Assembly: GCA_044229975.1 (NCBI GenBank)
Contig: JBGARZ010000016.1
Span: 148,352 to 212,351 of the forward strand
Origin: Polyangiales bacterium
Lineage (GTDB): Bacteria > Myxococcota_A > Polyangia > Polyangiales > Ga0077539
Length of the DNA stretch: 64,000 nucleotides
Direction of reading: 5' to 3'
Part shown: positions 28,840 to 38,031 of the stretch, piece after piece
Position numbering within the stretch: position 1 is the first letter of the stretch
Layout: every line of letters starts with the position of its first letter
Position numbers and translations under genes: made by a program
Notes under the pieces: model-generated
The model's database searches: none
What the model was told of the DNA's origin: nothing
What the model saw: the letters and a program-made list of their open reading frames with translations, nothing else

Positions 28840-29601
28840 ATGAGCAACGTACGCGTCGGCACCGCTGGTTTCGCCGTCCAGCGAGAGCGCTATCAGTCCA
28901 AACTCCGCTTCGTCGAGGTGAGCTTCCGGGCGCCTGTTCCTTCTCCGAAGGTGCTCGCCGGGTGGAAGCGCTCCTCGCCCGAGGGCTTCACCTTCGCCGC
29001 CGTCGCGCCCGACACGCTCTACGGTGAGCGCGACTGGCCGCTGCGCGACGCCACCAGGCTCCAGTCCGAGCTCGATCGCTTCGGCAACCAGTGCAACGCT
29101 CTCGGCGCGCGCGTCGTGGTGTTTCGCACGCCCCTCGCCATCTCGCCCGGCAGCGTCGCGCTCAAGCGCTTCCTCCCGGTGCTCGAACGCGCCCGCAACT
29201 TCGGCGCGATCCTCGTGTGGGAGCCCGCCGGCCTGTGGGAGCGCGAAGAGGCCGTCGCCGTCGCCTCGGACTTCAACGCCGTCGTCGGCGGTGACCCTCT
29301 TCAAGACGAGCCCGAAGAGAACATCATCTACGCCCACCTCCGCGGCCTCGGCTCCGACCAGCGGTACACCATGGGCCGCCTCGAAACCCTCGCCGAGCGC
29401 ATCGCCGGGGCCGACGAAGCCTTCGTGGTGTTCGACTCGGGCTCCGCGTGGCGCGAGGCGTGCGGCTTCGCGAAACTCTCGGGCGAGCTCCTCGCCTCCG
29501 AAGGCGACGACGAAGAGGGCGACGACCTCGACGACGACGAGGAAGACGACGACGAGGACGGCGACGACCTCGACGACGAAGACGAAGACGCGGACGGCTG
29601 A
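28840..29601 (+). CDS. DUF72 family protein with long acidic tail
   Basis: RVGTAGF, FVEV..F, VWEP, YAHLRG, FVVFD; poly-D/E C-terminus. Confidence 0.8.
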   Translation: MSNVRVGTAGFAVQRERYQSKLRFVEVSFRAPVPSPKVLAGWKRSSPEGFTFAAVAPDTLYGERDWPLRDATRLQSELDRFGNQCNALGARVVVFRTPLAISPGSVALKRFLPVLERARNFGAILVWEPAGLWEREEAVAVASDFNAVVGGDPLQDEPEENIIYAHLRGLGSDQRYTMGRLETLAERIAGADEAFVVFDSGSAWREACGFAKLSGELLASEGDDEEGDDLDDDEEDDDEDGDDLDDEDEDADG

Positions 29602-29607
29602 ACGACG

Positions 29608-30687
29608 ATGCGCAACGCGGTCATCGCACGCGACACGGTCGCCCAGGCGGCGGCGCAGTCCCTCGTCGCCGAACAAGGGACCGCTGTCGACATGGCCCTC
29701 GCGGGTCTTCTCGCGGGCGCCACGCGCGCCTCCTCCGCGTCGCTCCTCGGCGCGGCCGGAGTGCTCGTCGCGGGCCCCGGCATGGGCCTCCACTTCGTCG
29801 ACGGTCGCGCTCGCGCTCCAGGCATCGGAACGCCCCGTCCCAAGGCCACCGACTCTCCGTCCGACGCCACGCGCGCGACGGTTCCGGGTCTCTTCGAGTG
29901 TGTGCTCGCGGCGCACGCGCGCTTCGGCTCGCTGCCCCTCTCGGTCATCACCAAGGCCGCCGTCGCGGCCATCCGTGAGTCCGGCCCCGACGACGGCACC
30001 CGCAAGCGCCTCGTGGTCCTGGAGCAGTTTCATCGCACGGGCCTCGCGGTGCTGGAGCGCGTCGGCGTGCTGCGCGGCATCCTCGAATCCGTCGGCCCCG
30101 TCGCGGCCGGAACCTTCTCCCCCGACGACCTCGCCCCCCGCGCCGCCCCCATCGTGTCGCCCATCGCGTGCACCGACGGCGCCCACGAAGTCTGCCTCCC
30201 GCCGCGCTACCGCCGCTGGAACAACATCAACGCCCCCGAAGCCCTCCCGACCGTTCCGGTCGAGAGCCTCGTCGCGGCCGACATGCACGGCGTGATCGTC
30301 ACCGTCTCCTGGCTCGTCGCGCCGCCCGCCATCGCGCTGCCGGAGGTCCCTGGTCTGGCGCTCGCGGCGTTGCTGCCGACGCCGCGCAAGGGTGTTCCGC
30401 GCTGGCGACCTGGGACGCCGCTGCCGTCGCCCATCCCGCTGGCCATCTGCCGCGCGGAAGGGCGCGCGTGGGCGGGGCTCGGGGTGTCGGGCCACGGCGA
30501 CGTGGTGTCCCTGCGCGACGAGATGCTGAGCGCCCGCCTCGCGAGCGTGGGCATCGACTGCCTCGTGGGCGAAGGCGCGGGCGAGGCGGCGGCGCGCGAC
30601 GCCGTGTCGCTGTGGGTGATCCGCGACGCCAAGGGCGACGAGGTGCAGGCCACCATGGGCGCAGCGGTCGGGGCGCTGTCTCCGTAG
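29608..30687 (+). CDS. Shortened, degenerate gamma-glutamyltransferase-like protein
   Basis: GTAVD, VDGRARAP, VPGL..AHARFGSLPL, LGVSG; lacks the TTH nucleophile motif. Confidence 0.65.
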   Translation: MRNAVIARDTVAQAAAQSLVAEQGTAVDMALAGLLAGATRASSASLLGAAGVLVAGPGMGLHFVDGRARAPGIGTPRPKATDSPSDATRATVPGLFECVLAAHARFGSLPLSVITKAAVAAIRESGPDDGTRKRLVVLEQFHRTGLAVLERVGVLRGILESVGPVAAGTFSPDDLAPRAAPIVSPIACTDGAHEVCLPPRYRRWNNINAPEALPTVPVESLVAADMHGVIVTVSWLVAPPAIALPEVPGLALAALLPTPRKGVPRWRPGTPLPSPIPLAICRAEGRAWAGLGVSGHGDVVSLRDEMLSARLASVGIDCLVGEGAGEAAARDAVSLWVIRDAKGDEVQATMGAAVGALSP

Positions 30688-30720
30688 GATTTCCCACGCG
30701 ACGGCGATATCGTCGCGGCC

Positions 30721-32145
30721 GTGAGACGACTGTCGTTGGTGGGTATCCTCGGCGCGGGGCTCGTGGGGTCGGTGACCGCGGGGGCGCAGCCGTTGCCGCC
30801 GAGCGCGCCGAGTCCGTCGCCCGCGGTGGTCGCAGCGCGGGAGACCGCCAACGCCTCGCAGACGGGCTTCTCCTTCGGGTCGTACGGGCGCGTCGGCGTG
30901 GCGAGCGATCTGCGCGGGCGCACCGGGCGGGTGAGCAACGTGGTGGCCTTTGGTCCGCGACTGGAGCTGCCGTCGTACGCGGAGGTGCAGTTCAACTACG
31001 ACGCGCGCTTCGGGCACTCGCGGTGGCGCGCGGTCACCACCATCGCGATGAACGAGTCGCTCTTCCACTTCACCGGCCGCTTCGACGGAGCGTTTGCCGT
31101 GCGCAACCTCTACCTCGAAGAGACGGGCGTCGGCAGCGATCGGCTCTCGTTGTGGGTGGGCTCGCGGATGTACCGCGGCGACGACGTCTACCTCCTCAAC
31201 TTCTGGCCGATGGACAACCTCAACATGGTCGGCGGCGGGGCGCGCTACCTCGCGGGCGAGCACGTCGTGTTGCAAGCCGCGGTGGGGATGAACCGCCTCG
31301 ACGACCCCTATCAGCTCCAGACCATCAGCGTGGCGCCGAGGGACGGGTTCGGTCCGTCGACGGCCTTCCTGCTCGACCGCCCGCGGGTGCTCGCAGCGGC
31401 GAAGGCGACGTGGTTCTCGGTGGGCCGCACCGCGCGCGAGGGACTGAAGGTGTCGCTCTACGGCGAGGCCCACGCGATGGCGTCGGGCGTGCGGCAGCTC
31501 AACGACGCGGGCGTTCGCATCGAGCTCCCGTCGGACAGCGGCTGGGTGGTGGGCGGTCAGGTGGGGCTCTACCGCGGGGCCAATTTCATCAACGTGTTCG
31601 CGCGGTATTCACGGGGCCTGGGAGCGTACGGCGAGCTGGATGTTCCGGTGACGCTGGCGAGCGCGCGGACCTCGGCGCGGGCGGAGGACTTCCGCCTTGC
31701 GCTCTCGGGCAACTGGGAGACGGGGCCCTTCGCGCTGATGGTCGGTGCGTACTTCCGGTACTTCCGCGACGCTGATCCGGGGGTGTTTTCGCGCGACGCG
31801 CTGGTGGAGGGCGCGGTCGCGGCGAGGCCCATCGTGTGGTTCGGCCAGCGCGTCGGGGTCGCGGCGGAGGTGAGCTATCAGCGCATCGTCTACAACGCCA
31901 TCGACCCGGTGACGGGCAACGGCGCGCTCGCGGGGTCGGTGACGCGCTTCGCGGTGATGCCCTTCGTGTCGCCAGCGGGCCGAGGGAGCTACACGCGGCC
32001 GCACCTCCAGGTGATCTACGCGGCGAGCCTGCGCGACGACGGCGCGCGGCGGCTGTATGCGCCCGACGATCCGTTCAGCTTCAACAGTGTCGAGCACTTC
32101 CTCGGGGTGGGCACGGAGTGGTGGTTCAACAGCAGCTATCTGTGA
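30721..32145 (+). CDS. Carbohydrate porin (LamB/maltoporin-like)
   Basis: Signal peptide, YGRVG, WVGSRMYRGDDVYLLNFW, ends GVGTEWWF. Confidence 0.8.
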   Translation: MRRLSLVGILGAGLVGSVTAGAQPLPPSAPSPSPAVVAARETANASQTGFSFGSYGRVGVASDLRGRTGRVSNVVAFGPRLELPSYAEVQFNYDARFGHSRWRAVTTIAMNESLFHFTGRFDGAFAVRNLYLEETGVGSDRLSLWVGSRMYRGDDVYLLNFWPMDNLNMVGGGARYLAGEHVVLQAAVGMNRLDDPYQLQTISVAPRDGFGPSTAFLLDRPRVLAAAKATWFSVGRTAREGLKVSLYGEAHAMASGVRQLNDAGVRIELPSDSGWVVGGQVGLYRGANFINVFARYSRGLGAYGELDVPVTLASARTSARAEDFRLALSGNWETGPFALMVGAYFRYFRDADPGVFSRDALVEGAVAARPIVWFGQRVGVAAEVSYQRIVYNAIDPVTGNGALAGSVTRFAVMPFVSPAGRGSYTRPHLQVIYAASLRDDGARRLYAPDDPFSFNSVEHFLGVGTEWWFNSSYL

Positions 32146-32252
32146 GGGCAGCCGTAGGGAAAGACCGCGATGCGGGCTGCCGATGTGCGAGGGGATTGAC
32201 CAACCCGCGACGCGGGTAAGGCGACCAGGCATGCCGACGAGGTCGACGTTCA

Positions 32253-33842
32253 CTACTGCGGTGGTGACGGGTCGTGCGCGAGCGGCGGTGTGGTCCACGG
32301 CAGCGGCTCCCAGCGCAGGGGACCGCGGGCGTACTCATGAGTTCCCCCGACGGCGCGTAGGACGCGCTCTCGACCGGCGAAGGAGACCGTGAAGCGCGGC
32401 ATCGATGCGACGCGCACCTGCTGGAGGTCGATGACGACCCCCTCGATGGTGACGTAGAGCGAGGGGCCTTCGTTCCGCCACCAGTTCACCTCGGACAACG
32501 ATCGGTAGCGCGACGAAGGACGCCACACCCAGACCTCGTCCGTCTCCACGTCGCGTACGCGGTACTGTCGGCGACCGTCGCGCCTCGGGCAGGTCGCGAT
32601 CCTCGACCCGGACTCTCGTCCGCACCATGTCTCATCGCTGTCGAGTCGGGTGACGTGGAGCCCGTCGAGATCCAGCAGGACGTATCCAGACGCGTCGAGC
32701 CTCAGCACCCGACCCGGGAACGACCGCACCCGCACAGGTTGCGAGGCCCGAGGGTCTCCCGGAACGTTGGCCCCCTCGACCCGCAGGGAGAGGCGCTCGA
32801 TGCCGTGCTGATAGACCTTCACCTCATCGGTCCGGTCTTGGGTGGAGTGCCCTTCGCATTGGACGACGATCAGATCCCGCCGCGGGTCGGCGTGCATGAC
32901 GCGCGCGTCGCAGCTCGCGGGAACCCACGATTCCTCGCGACCGTCGAGGTCGCGAACGACGAGTCTGCCGTCCGGTGCGCGCACGACGAACCTCCGTCCG
33001 AACACGCTGACCAGCCCCTCGACGACGCGCGCCCGCCCACTGTCGACCGTGGCGACTCTCACCTCCGTGCGCGAGTGGTCGGTCGACGCGTCGGTGCGCG
33101 GATCGACCCAGAGCGTCACCAGCTCCCCCCAGGCATCGAGTCGCGCATCGCGCAGCACTCCGTCACCGGGATCGATCACGTGCTCTCGTCCCGAGCCTAG
33201 GTCTCGGACGATGACGTCGCGCCGCTCGCCTGCGTCGTGCGTGTAGAGCAAGCGATGGCCTTCGTGCGCGAATTGGAGGGCGCCTCCGTCCTCGCACCAC
33301 CGCCAGACCTGGGGCGTCGAAGCGAGAGGGGAGGGGCCGAGGTTCCAGGCGAGTCCCTCGACGGTGTCTCGCAGCCAGAGGCGCTGCTGCGCGGCGTAGG
33401 CGACGTAGCGGCCGCTCGGATCACGCCCGCAGTACCGGTCGATCGCCTCGCCTTCCCCGCTCCCGCTGACCAGGTAGGAGACGGTGGCATCCTGCGCGGG
33501 GTGACCATCGTCCTCTTCGAGGTGGAACTCGACCCGACCGTCGCCGTCGGTGTCTGCACGGGTCTGCGCGACCACGACCCACCGGGCGTCCGGCGATGCG
33601 TCGAGCACCCTCGTCGGCGCTGCGGTCCCGATCAAGGCGCCGTCCGATGGGGCCCGCGCGGGAGTCGCCAACACGGCGCTGGGGGGCGTCCATGACGGCG
33701 CGACGGAGATCGGCAGAGCGGGGGTGTTGTGCGGGTGTTGCGCCGGGGCACCGTGCGGTCGGACGGCGCCTCCCGCGCACCCCGACCCGAACACGGACAG
33801 GATCACGAGCCCCGCGTAGGAGCGCTTCGTCGACGACGCCAT
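32253..33842 (-). CDS. Putative lipoprotein, probable beta-propeller-like
   Basis: GSGC lipobox-like, ASPDARWV, DTDGDG, DPSGRYVAY. Confidence 0.6.
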   Translation of the reverse strand: MASSTKRSYAGLVILSVFGSGCAGGAVRPHGAPAQHPHNTPALPISVAPSWTPPSAVLATPARAPSDGALIGTAAPTRVLDASPDARWVVVAQTRADTDGDGRVEFHLEEDDGHPAQDATVSYLVSGSGEGEAIDRYCGRDPSGRYVAYAAQQRLWLRDTVEGLAWNLGPSPLASTPQVWRWCEDGGALQFAHEGHRLLYTHDAGERRDVIVRDLGSGREHVIDPGDGVLRDARLDAWGELVTLWVDPRTDASTDHSRTEVRVATVDSGRARVVEGLVSVFGRRFVVRAPDGRLVVRDLDGREESWVPASCDARVMHADPRRDLIVVQCEGHSTQDRTDEVKVYQHGIERLSLRVEGANVPGDPRASQPVRVRSFPGRVLRLDASGYVLLDLDGLHVTRLDSDETWCGRESGSRIATCPRRDGRRQYRVRDVETDEVWVWRPSSRYRSLSEVNWWRNEGPSLYVTIEGVVIDLQQVRVASMPRFTVSFAGRERVLRAVGGTHEYARGPLRWEPLPWTTPPLAHDPSPPQ

Positions 33843-34006
33843 GAGGGTCGGCGGAGCAAGCGGTGAGCCGTTGCGAACGCCACAACAGCCGCGGATGTCG
33901 CGTGCCGCGTGCGTGTGCGATTCACCACGGCGTGTCTGCGATCGGTGGTCGCCGTGGCCGGCGCACCTCCGACCGCCTCACCCGCGGATACGCATCGCGC
34001 GGGCGA

Positions 34007-34750
34007 TCAGGAGCCCGTCGCGGGCCGGTCGAGCGGCACGCCGAGCGCCGCCTCGAAGTGGTCCTCCAGCGCGACGAAGTGCGACTGCGGCACCTCCGCG
34101 ACCGCGACCCGCAGCCGCTCGACGAGGCCCGTGATCCTGGGCTCCGCCGCGGCGCCCGCCTCGACGGCGCCGTCGACGCTCGCGCGCGTGGGCGCCGTCT
34201 GCCCGACCCCGATGCGCTTGAGGAGGTCGCGCCCCAGGGCCTCGAGGGCGCTCTTCGAGCCCTCGAACACGCCGCCGATGACGCGGCCGAGCGGCGAGAC
34301 CGAGACCTCGGCGCACGCCTTCTCGACCGCCGCGCGCACCTCCGCCGGAGACTTCGGGCCGACCGGGGCCACGGCGCGCGACGCGAGCGCGAGGTCGAGC
34401 AGCAGCCCGCGGTGGTAGCAGAGGCTGGCCTCGTCGCTCGCCCGCTTGACCTCCGCGACCACGAAGAGCTTCCGGAAGATCAGCTTGAAGGGGAACGTGA
34501 CGATCCCCTTCGCGATGCCCAGAAACACGCCGTCGCCCGGGTCGTTGGCCAGCTCGGAGACCGCGTCGTCGCCCAGCGGGATGTTGTGCTCGGCGGCGAG
34601 CTGGCGGACGAGGCGGCGCTCGATCGCGGCCTTGACCGCGTCGTCAAGGAGCGGGATCGGGATGAGCGGGGTCAGGCCCACGAGCGCCGCGTGGGTGAGC
34701 AGCACGCTCTCATCGACAACGCGGCGAGGCCGGGGGCGACGTTCGCTCAT
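34007..34750 (-). CDS. Hypothetical protein with hydrophobic N-terminal hairpin
   Basis: LTPLIPIPLLDD motif; GC3-biased frame. Confidence 0.7.
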   Translation of the reverse strand: MSERRPRPRRVVDESVLLTHAALVGLTPLIPIPLLDDAVKAAIERRLVRQLAAEHNIPLGDDAVSELANDPGDGVFLGIAKGIVTFPFKLIFRKLFVVAEVKRASDEASLCYHRGLLLDLALASRAVAPVGPKSPAEVRAAVEKACAEVSVSPLGRVIGGVFEGSKSALEALGRDLLKRIGVGQTAPTRASVDGAVEAGAAAEPRITGLVERLRVAVAEVPQSHFVALEDHFEAALGVPLDRPATGS

Positions 34751-34825
34751 CGGGGCGTTGACGGTACCACCGGCCACGGGATGGTCGTCGGACGTTCGCC
34801 GCGATCGCAGTGAATCGGGGATGCA

Positions 34826-34959
34826 GCCAATAAGAGGTCCAACGGGGCACCGTCGTCGGCACGGATCGGCTCGGGGTTACCGATTGCCCAGACCGCGAAG
34901 TACAACTCGGGCGGACGACGTGTACGGAGCTCCCGTTGCCCCCGCTGGAGAGCTCGCTG
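34826..34959 (-). mobile_element. 134-bp mini-element copy 1 (CAG/hairpin end to IS91 oriIS-like end)
   Basis: Same length as, and homologous to, 41120-41253 and 43824-43957; minus-strand end CCCCGTTGGACCTCTTATTGGC. Confidence 0.75.
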
Positions 34960-35008
34960 GCGGACGACGTGTACGGAGCTCCCGTTGCCCCCGCTGGAGA
35001 GCTCGCTG
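34960..35008 (-). repeat. Exact 49-bp tandem duplication of the CAG-proximal part of the mini-element
   Basis: Identical to 34911-34959. Confidence 0.9.
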
Positions 35009-35588
35009 GCCGCTGGCCTTCGTCGGTCACCACCAGCCACGCGCCGAGCTCTTCCGAGTACGCCGGACCGTCGCCCGTGTACTCCAGCCGAAACTCCTCC
35101 GTTCGCGTGCGACGCCACACCTGCAACGCCCACGGCCCGCCCATCAGCCCACGGCCACGCCGCTCGGGGTCGAAGATCCACAGCTCCCGCGTGCCGCTCG
35201 CGGCGTACTTCAGCGGGCCCTCGTTGTAGTCCTTCTTCGCCGTGTCGCGGCTCACCACCTCGGCCGCCACCCGCGGCGGCGCGTGGCCCGCCTCCCACGT
35301 CAGGATGCTTCGCGCCGCCTTCGGTAGCGCCGGCGCCACGAGGTACACGTCCGGGTCGACGCCCACGCTGGCGTGCGACTCATCCCAGCGCAGCGCGATG
35401 TCCTCTCCCGCCGTCGCATCGAGGCCCGTGCGCGCGATGAACGCCTCCAGCACCTCCCGCAGCAGCGTCGTCGTCCTCAAGTGCTCCGGGGTCACGGGCA
35501 TGGTCACGCCGTCCTGGAGCACCCACCGCTCGGACCACCGCGGGGCCTCGAACACCACGTCCACCCCGCGCGGATCCCTCGTCGCCAT
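35009..35588 (-). pseudogene. Uma2-family endonuclease-like gene, 5' part (C-terminus replaced by mini-element)
   Basis: VDPDVYLV, PRVAAEVVS..TAKKDY..LKYAASGTRELWIFDP; breaks after TDEGQR. Confidence 0.85.
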
Positions 35589-35755
35589 GCTGCTCACGCT
35601 ACCACCCATCGCAGCAGGCGTGCCATCACGGGACACCGAGAAAACAAGCTCTTCAGCTCACCGCCGCCATGGCGGCGGGGGTGGCGGCGGGTGGCACGTG
35701 GGGTGGACGTTTCACGAGGCGATCGGGCAGTAGGGCGCCTCACGTGGTCGCGGAC

Positions 35756-35889
35756 GCGGTGCCTGCGCGGTGCGAGGGCGACGGGGGGTGGAGCGTTGGA
35801 ATCGGTCAGGACGGCGCCACCGGAGCGCTTGGGAACTTCTCCTCCGCAGTGGGGAGCAGTGCGAGCGAGCGCTCTGCGACCGACGGGCG
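35756..35889 (+). repeat. Copy of transposase-downstream motif plus CAG-started unit (second subfamily)
   Basis: GCGGTGC-N30-GCGTTGGAATCGGTCAG matches the minus strand downstream of the transposase; caggacggcgccac.ggagcgct and ctgc.accgacgggcg recur at 37829-37867. Confidence 0.65.
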
Positions 35890-35912
35890 GACACGCCGCT
35901 CTGAACGTCACG

Positions 35913-35944
35913 GACCTCCTGACACCGATGGATGTCAGGAGGTC
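35913..35944. terminator. 12-bp stem hairpin downstream of lipoprotein gene
   Basis: gacctcctgaca / tgtcaggaggtc; no clear U-tract. Confidence 0.45.
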
Positions 35945-35973
35945 GATGTCGACCGTCTTCTTCAGTCCCCGCC

Positions 35974-37716
35974 TCAGTCCTCGTCGCTGACCTGCTCGGT
36001 GCGGTCGATGGTTCCGTCGCCGTTGTCGTCGTAGGTCACGGTCATGGGCATGCCGTTGCCGGCCCAGCTCCCGAAGTTGACGAACATCACCGCCGCCGCC
36101 GAGGCCGTCACGCCCGCGTGCTCGAACACCACCGCGCCCGAAGCGGACACCCGCTCGACGTACAGCTCGAAGGTGGGCGCCGCGGCGCTGCCGTCGAAGC
36201 TCACGCGCGCGCGGTTCATCGCGAAGTCCACCGAGAGGCGGAGGTTTTGCCCCGCGGTCATGGACGTGGTGCGCAGCTCGATGAGGTAGTCGTCGCCCTC
36301 AGACTGGTACGCCAGCGAGAGCGTCGGGGTCTCGGTCCCCCCGGAGCGGTACAGCAGGTCGGGCGGGCCCGGCTGAATCACCAGCGTGTCGCGCTGCATC
36401 GGGTCGATGTTCACGCCGTCGAGGCCGAGGGTCCAACCCGCGCCCTGGAAGAGCAGCTCGCTCTGCGTGGCCGTCGCGAGTCCGGCCCCATCGAGGGTGA
36501 TGGTGAGCGGCGTGGCGCGCGGCACGCTGAACACCGGGTCGGGCCGCGACAGGTTGCCCGGCATGCGGAGCGACACCCGCGAGTCCGGGATGTTGGTGAC
36601 GATGCGGCCGTCGGCCCCGACGGAGGTGCTGCGTGACATGCCGTCGGTCACCGTGACCTGGCTGTTGCCCACGGTGTTGATGCTGATGCGGGTCGCGCCG
36701 CCGCCGTCCATCGCGCGGTTCTGCCAGGCGGTGTTCGGGTGCGGGAGCGCGAGCCGAGGCCCGGCGTCGCGAATCTGGATCGGGAACGTCGTGTCCGTGC
36801 CGCTCCACTCCGCGTCGGGCATGGAGGGGTTGAGCGCGGCGCGGTAGCGCCAGGTGTTGGCGGCGGTGTCGATGGTGATGAAGCGCTCGGAGTCGGGGTG
36901 GTTGTTGTCGTAGACGAGCACGTCGACGACGGTGTCGCTGCGGCGGCGGATCGCGTACGGCAGCACCGAGTGGCCGCCGGCGGCGGCGAAGATGCCGATG
37001 GCGGTGCCGAGGAAGGCCCGCCCGCGGGCGAACTCGGTCGTGAGGTGGGTGACGAGTTCGCGCGGCGACATCGTGCGCGAGGGCGCCACCATCGGGTCGA
37101 CGGTCGACTGGGTGATGGCCCAGAACATCAGCTCGCGCTCGACGGTGTTGTTGAGCGGGAGGGCGAAGGCGTTGGTGCCGCCGAAGGTCATCGGGGCGAT
37201 GCTGCCCGCGTAGAGGTGCGCCGCGAAGATGGAGTAGCCCTCGCAGTTGCCCTCGTGGGCGCCGTTGTTCTCGGCGTCCATCCACTGCCGCGCGTTGGGG
37301 ACGAGCACGCACGCGCCGGTGGCGTTGGCGCCCTCGCAGACGCTCGTGCCGAAGAGGCGGCGGAGGTTGTCGGCGTCGAGGCGCGCGGTGACGGGGGTCT
37401 CGCCGGCGCGGCTGGTTCCGCGGTTGGGGAAGCTGAAGCCGTTGGGGTTGGGGCGGAAGCCCCAGTCGGGCATCGTCGGCGTAGCGCCGTCCGTCGGAGC
37501 GGTGCCTACGTCGGTGGGAGTGGTGCCTGCGTCGGTGGGCGTGGTGCCTGCGTCGGCGGGCGCGGTGCCTGCGTCGGTGAAGCCGGCGTCTGGCTTCTTG
37601 CCTGCGTCCGACGGCGTCGTGCCCGCGTCCTGAACCGTCGCCGGGTCAGTGCCGCAAGCCGCTAGGGAGAGCATCGCGGCGGTCAGGAGTCGATGTCGGG
37701 CGCTGTTCGTGTTCAT
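35974..37716 (-). CDS. Lipoprotein with putative papain-like Cys-His-Asp/Asn peptidase domain
   Basis: LAAC lipobox, DAGTTPT repeats, GFSFPN, GNCEG, GHSVLPY, VYDNNHP, C-terminal DDNGDGTID. Confidence 0.75.
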   Translation of the reverse strand: MNTNSARHRLLTAAMLSLAACGTDPATVQDAGTTPSDAGKKPDAGFTDAGTAPADAGTTPTDAGTTPTDVGTAPTDGATPTMPDWGFRPNPNGFSFPNRGTSRAGETPVTARLDADNLRRLFGTSVCEGANATGACVLVPNARQWMDAENNGAHEGNCEGYSIFAAHLYAGSIAPMTFGGTNAFALPLNNTVERELMFWAITQSTVDPMVAPSRTMSPRELVTHLTTEFARGRAFLGTAIGIFAAAGGHSVLPYAIRRRSDTVVDVLVYDNNHPDSERFITIDTAANTWRYRAALNPSMPDAEWSGTDTTFPIQIRDAGPRLALPHPNTAWQNRAMDGGGATRISINTVGNSQVTVTDGMSRSTSVGADGRIVTNIPDSRVSLRMPGNLSRPDPVFSVPRATPLTITLDGAGLATATQSELLFQGAGWTLGLDGVNIDPMQRDTLVIQPGPPDLLYRSGGTETPTLSLAYQSEGDDYLIELRTTSMTAGQNLRLSVDFAMNRARVSFDGSAAAPTFELYVERVSASGAVVFEHAGVTASAAAVMFVNFGSWAGNGMPMTVTYDDNGDGTIDRTEQVSDED

Positions 37717-37828
37717 GGAGTTGCCTCGGCGAGTCGGTGATGGAGTCACCCTCTGCCCATCCGGTAGCCCGGTCGCCCTCCCTTGAGAATCTAGAATAAA
37801 TTCGATCGCCCTCGGCGCGCGGGATCTC

Positions 37829-37910
37829 CAGGACGGCGCCACGGGAGCGCTCTGCAACCGACGGGCGAATCTGCGCCTGCGAGGGTGCCCTGTTGGAATA
37901 TCTGTTCGCC
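37829..37910 (+). mobile_element. Diverged short mini-element (CAG start, oriIS-like end)
   Basis: aatctgcgcctgcgagggtgccctgttgga aligns 24/30 with copy-3 gatctgtgccagcaaggttgccccgttgga; ends CTGTTCGCC vs CTGTGAGCC. Confidence 0.6.
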
Positions 37911-38031
37911 TCGACCCGACCTACGCCGGGCACACCTTCGGGCTCTGGCTCGTAGGGGTCACCGCGTCCGCGGTCGGCGGTGACGCCCTCTACCGAACGG
38001 CCTTCGACGCGTACTCCTCGCGGCGCACGAT

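Noticed and set aside
35640..35650. gaaaacaagct also present next to the tRNA fragment (58220-58230, reverse complement)
   Set aside because: Only 11 bp with no flanking similarity; could be chance
35661..35678. Perfect 18-bp palindrome ccgccgccatggcggcgg as terIS or operator
   Set aside because: Low-complexity GC sequence, single occurrence, no supporting context
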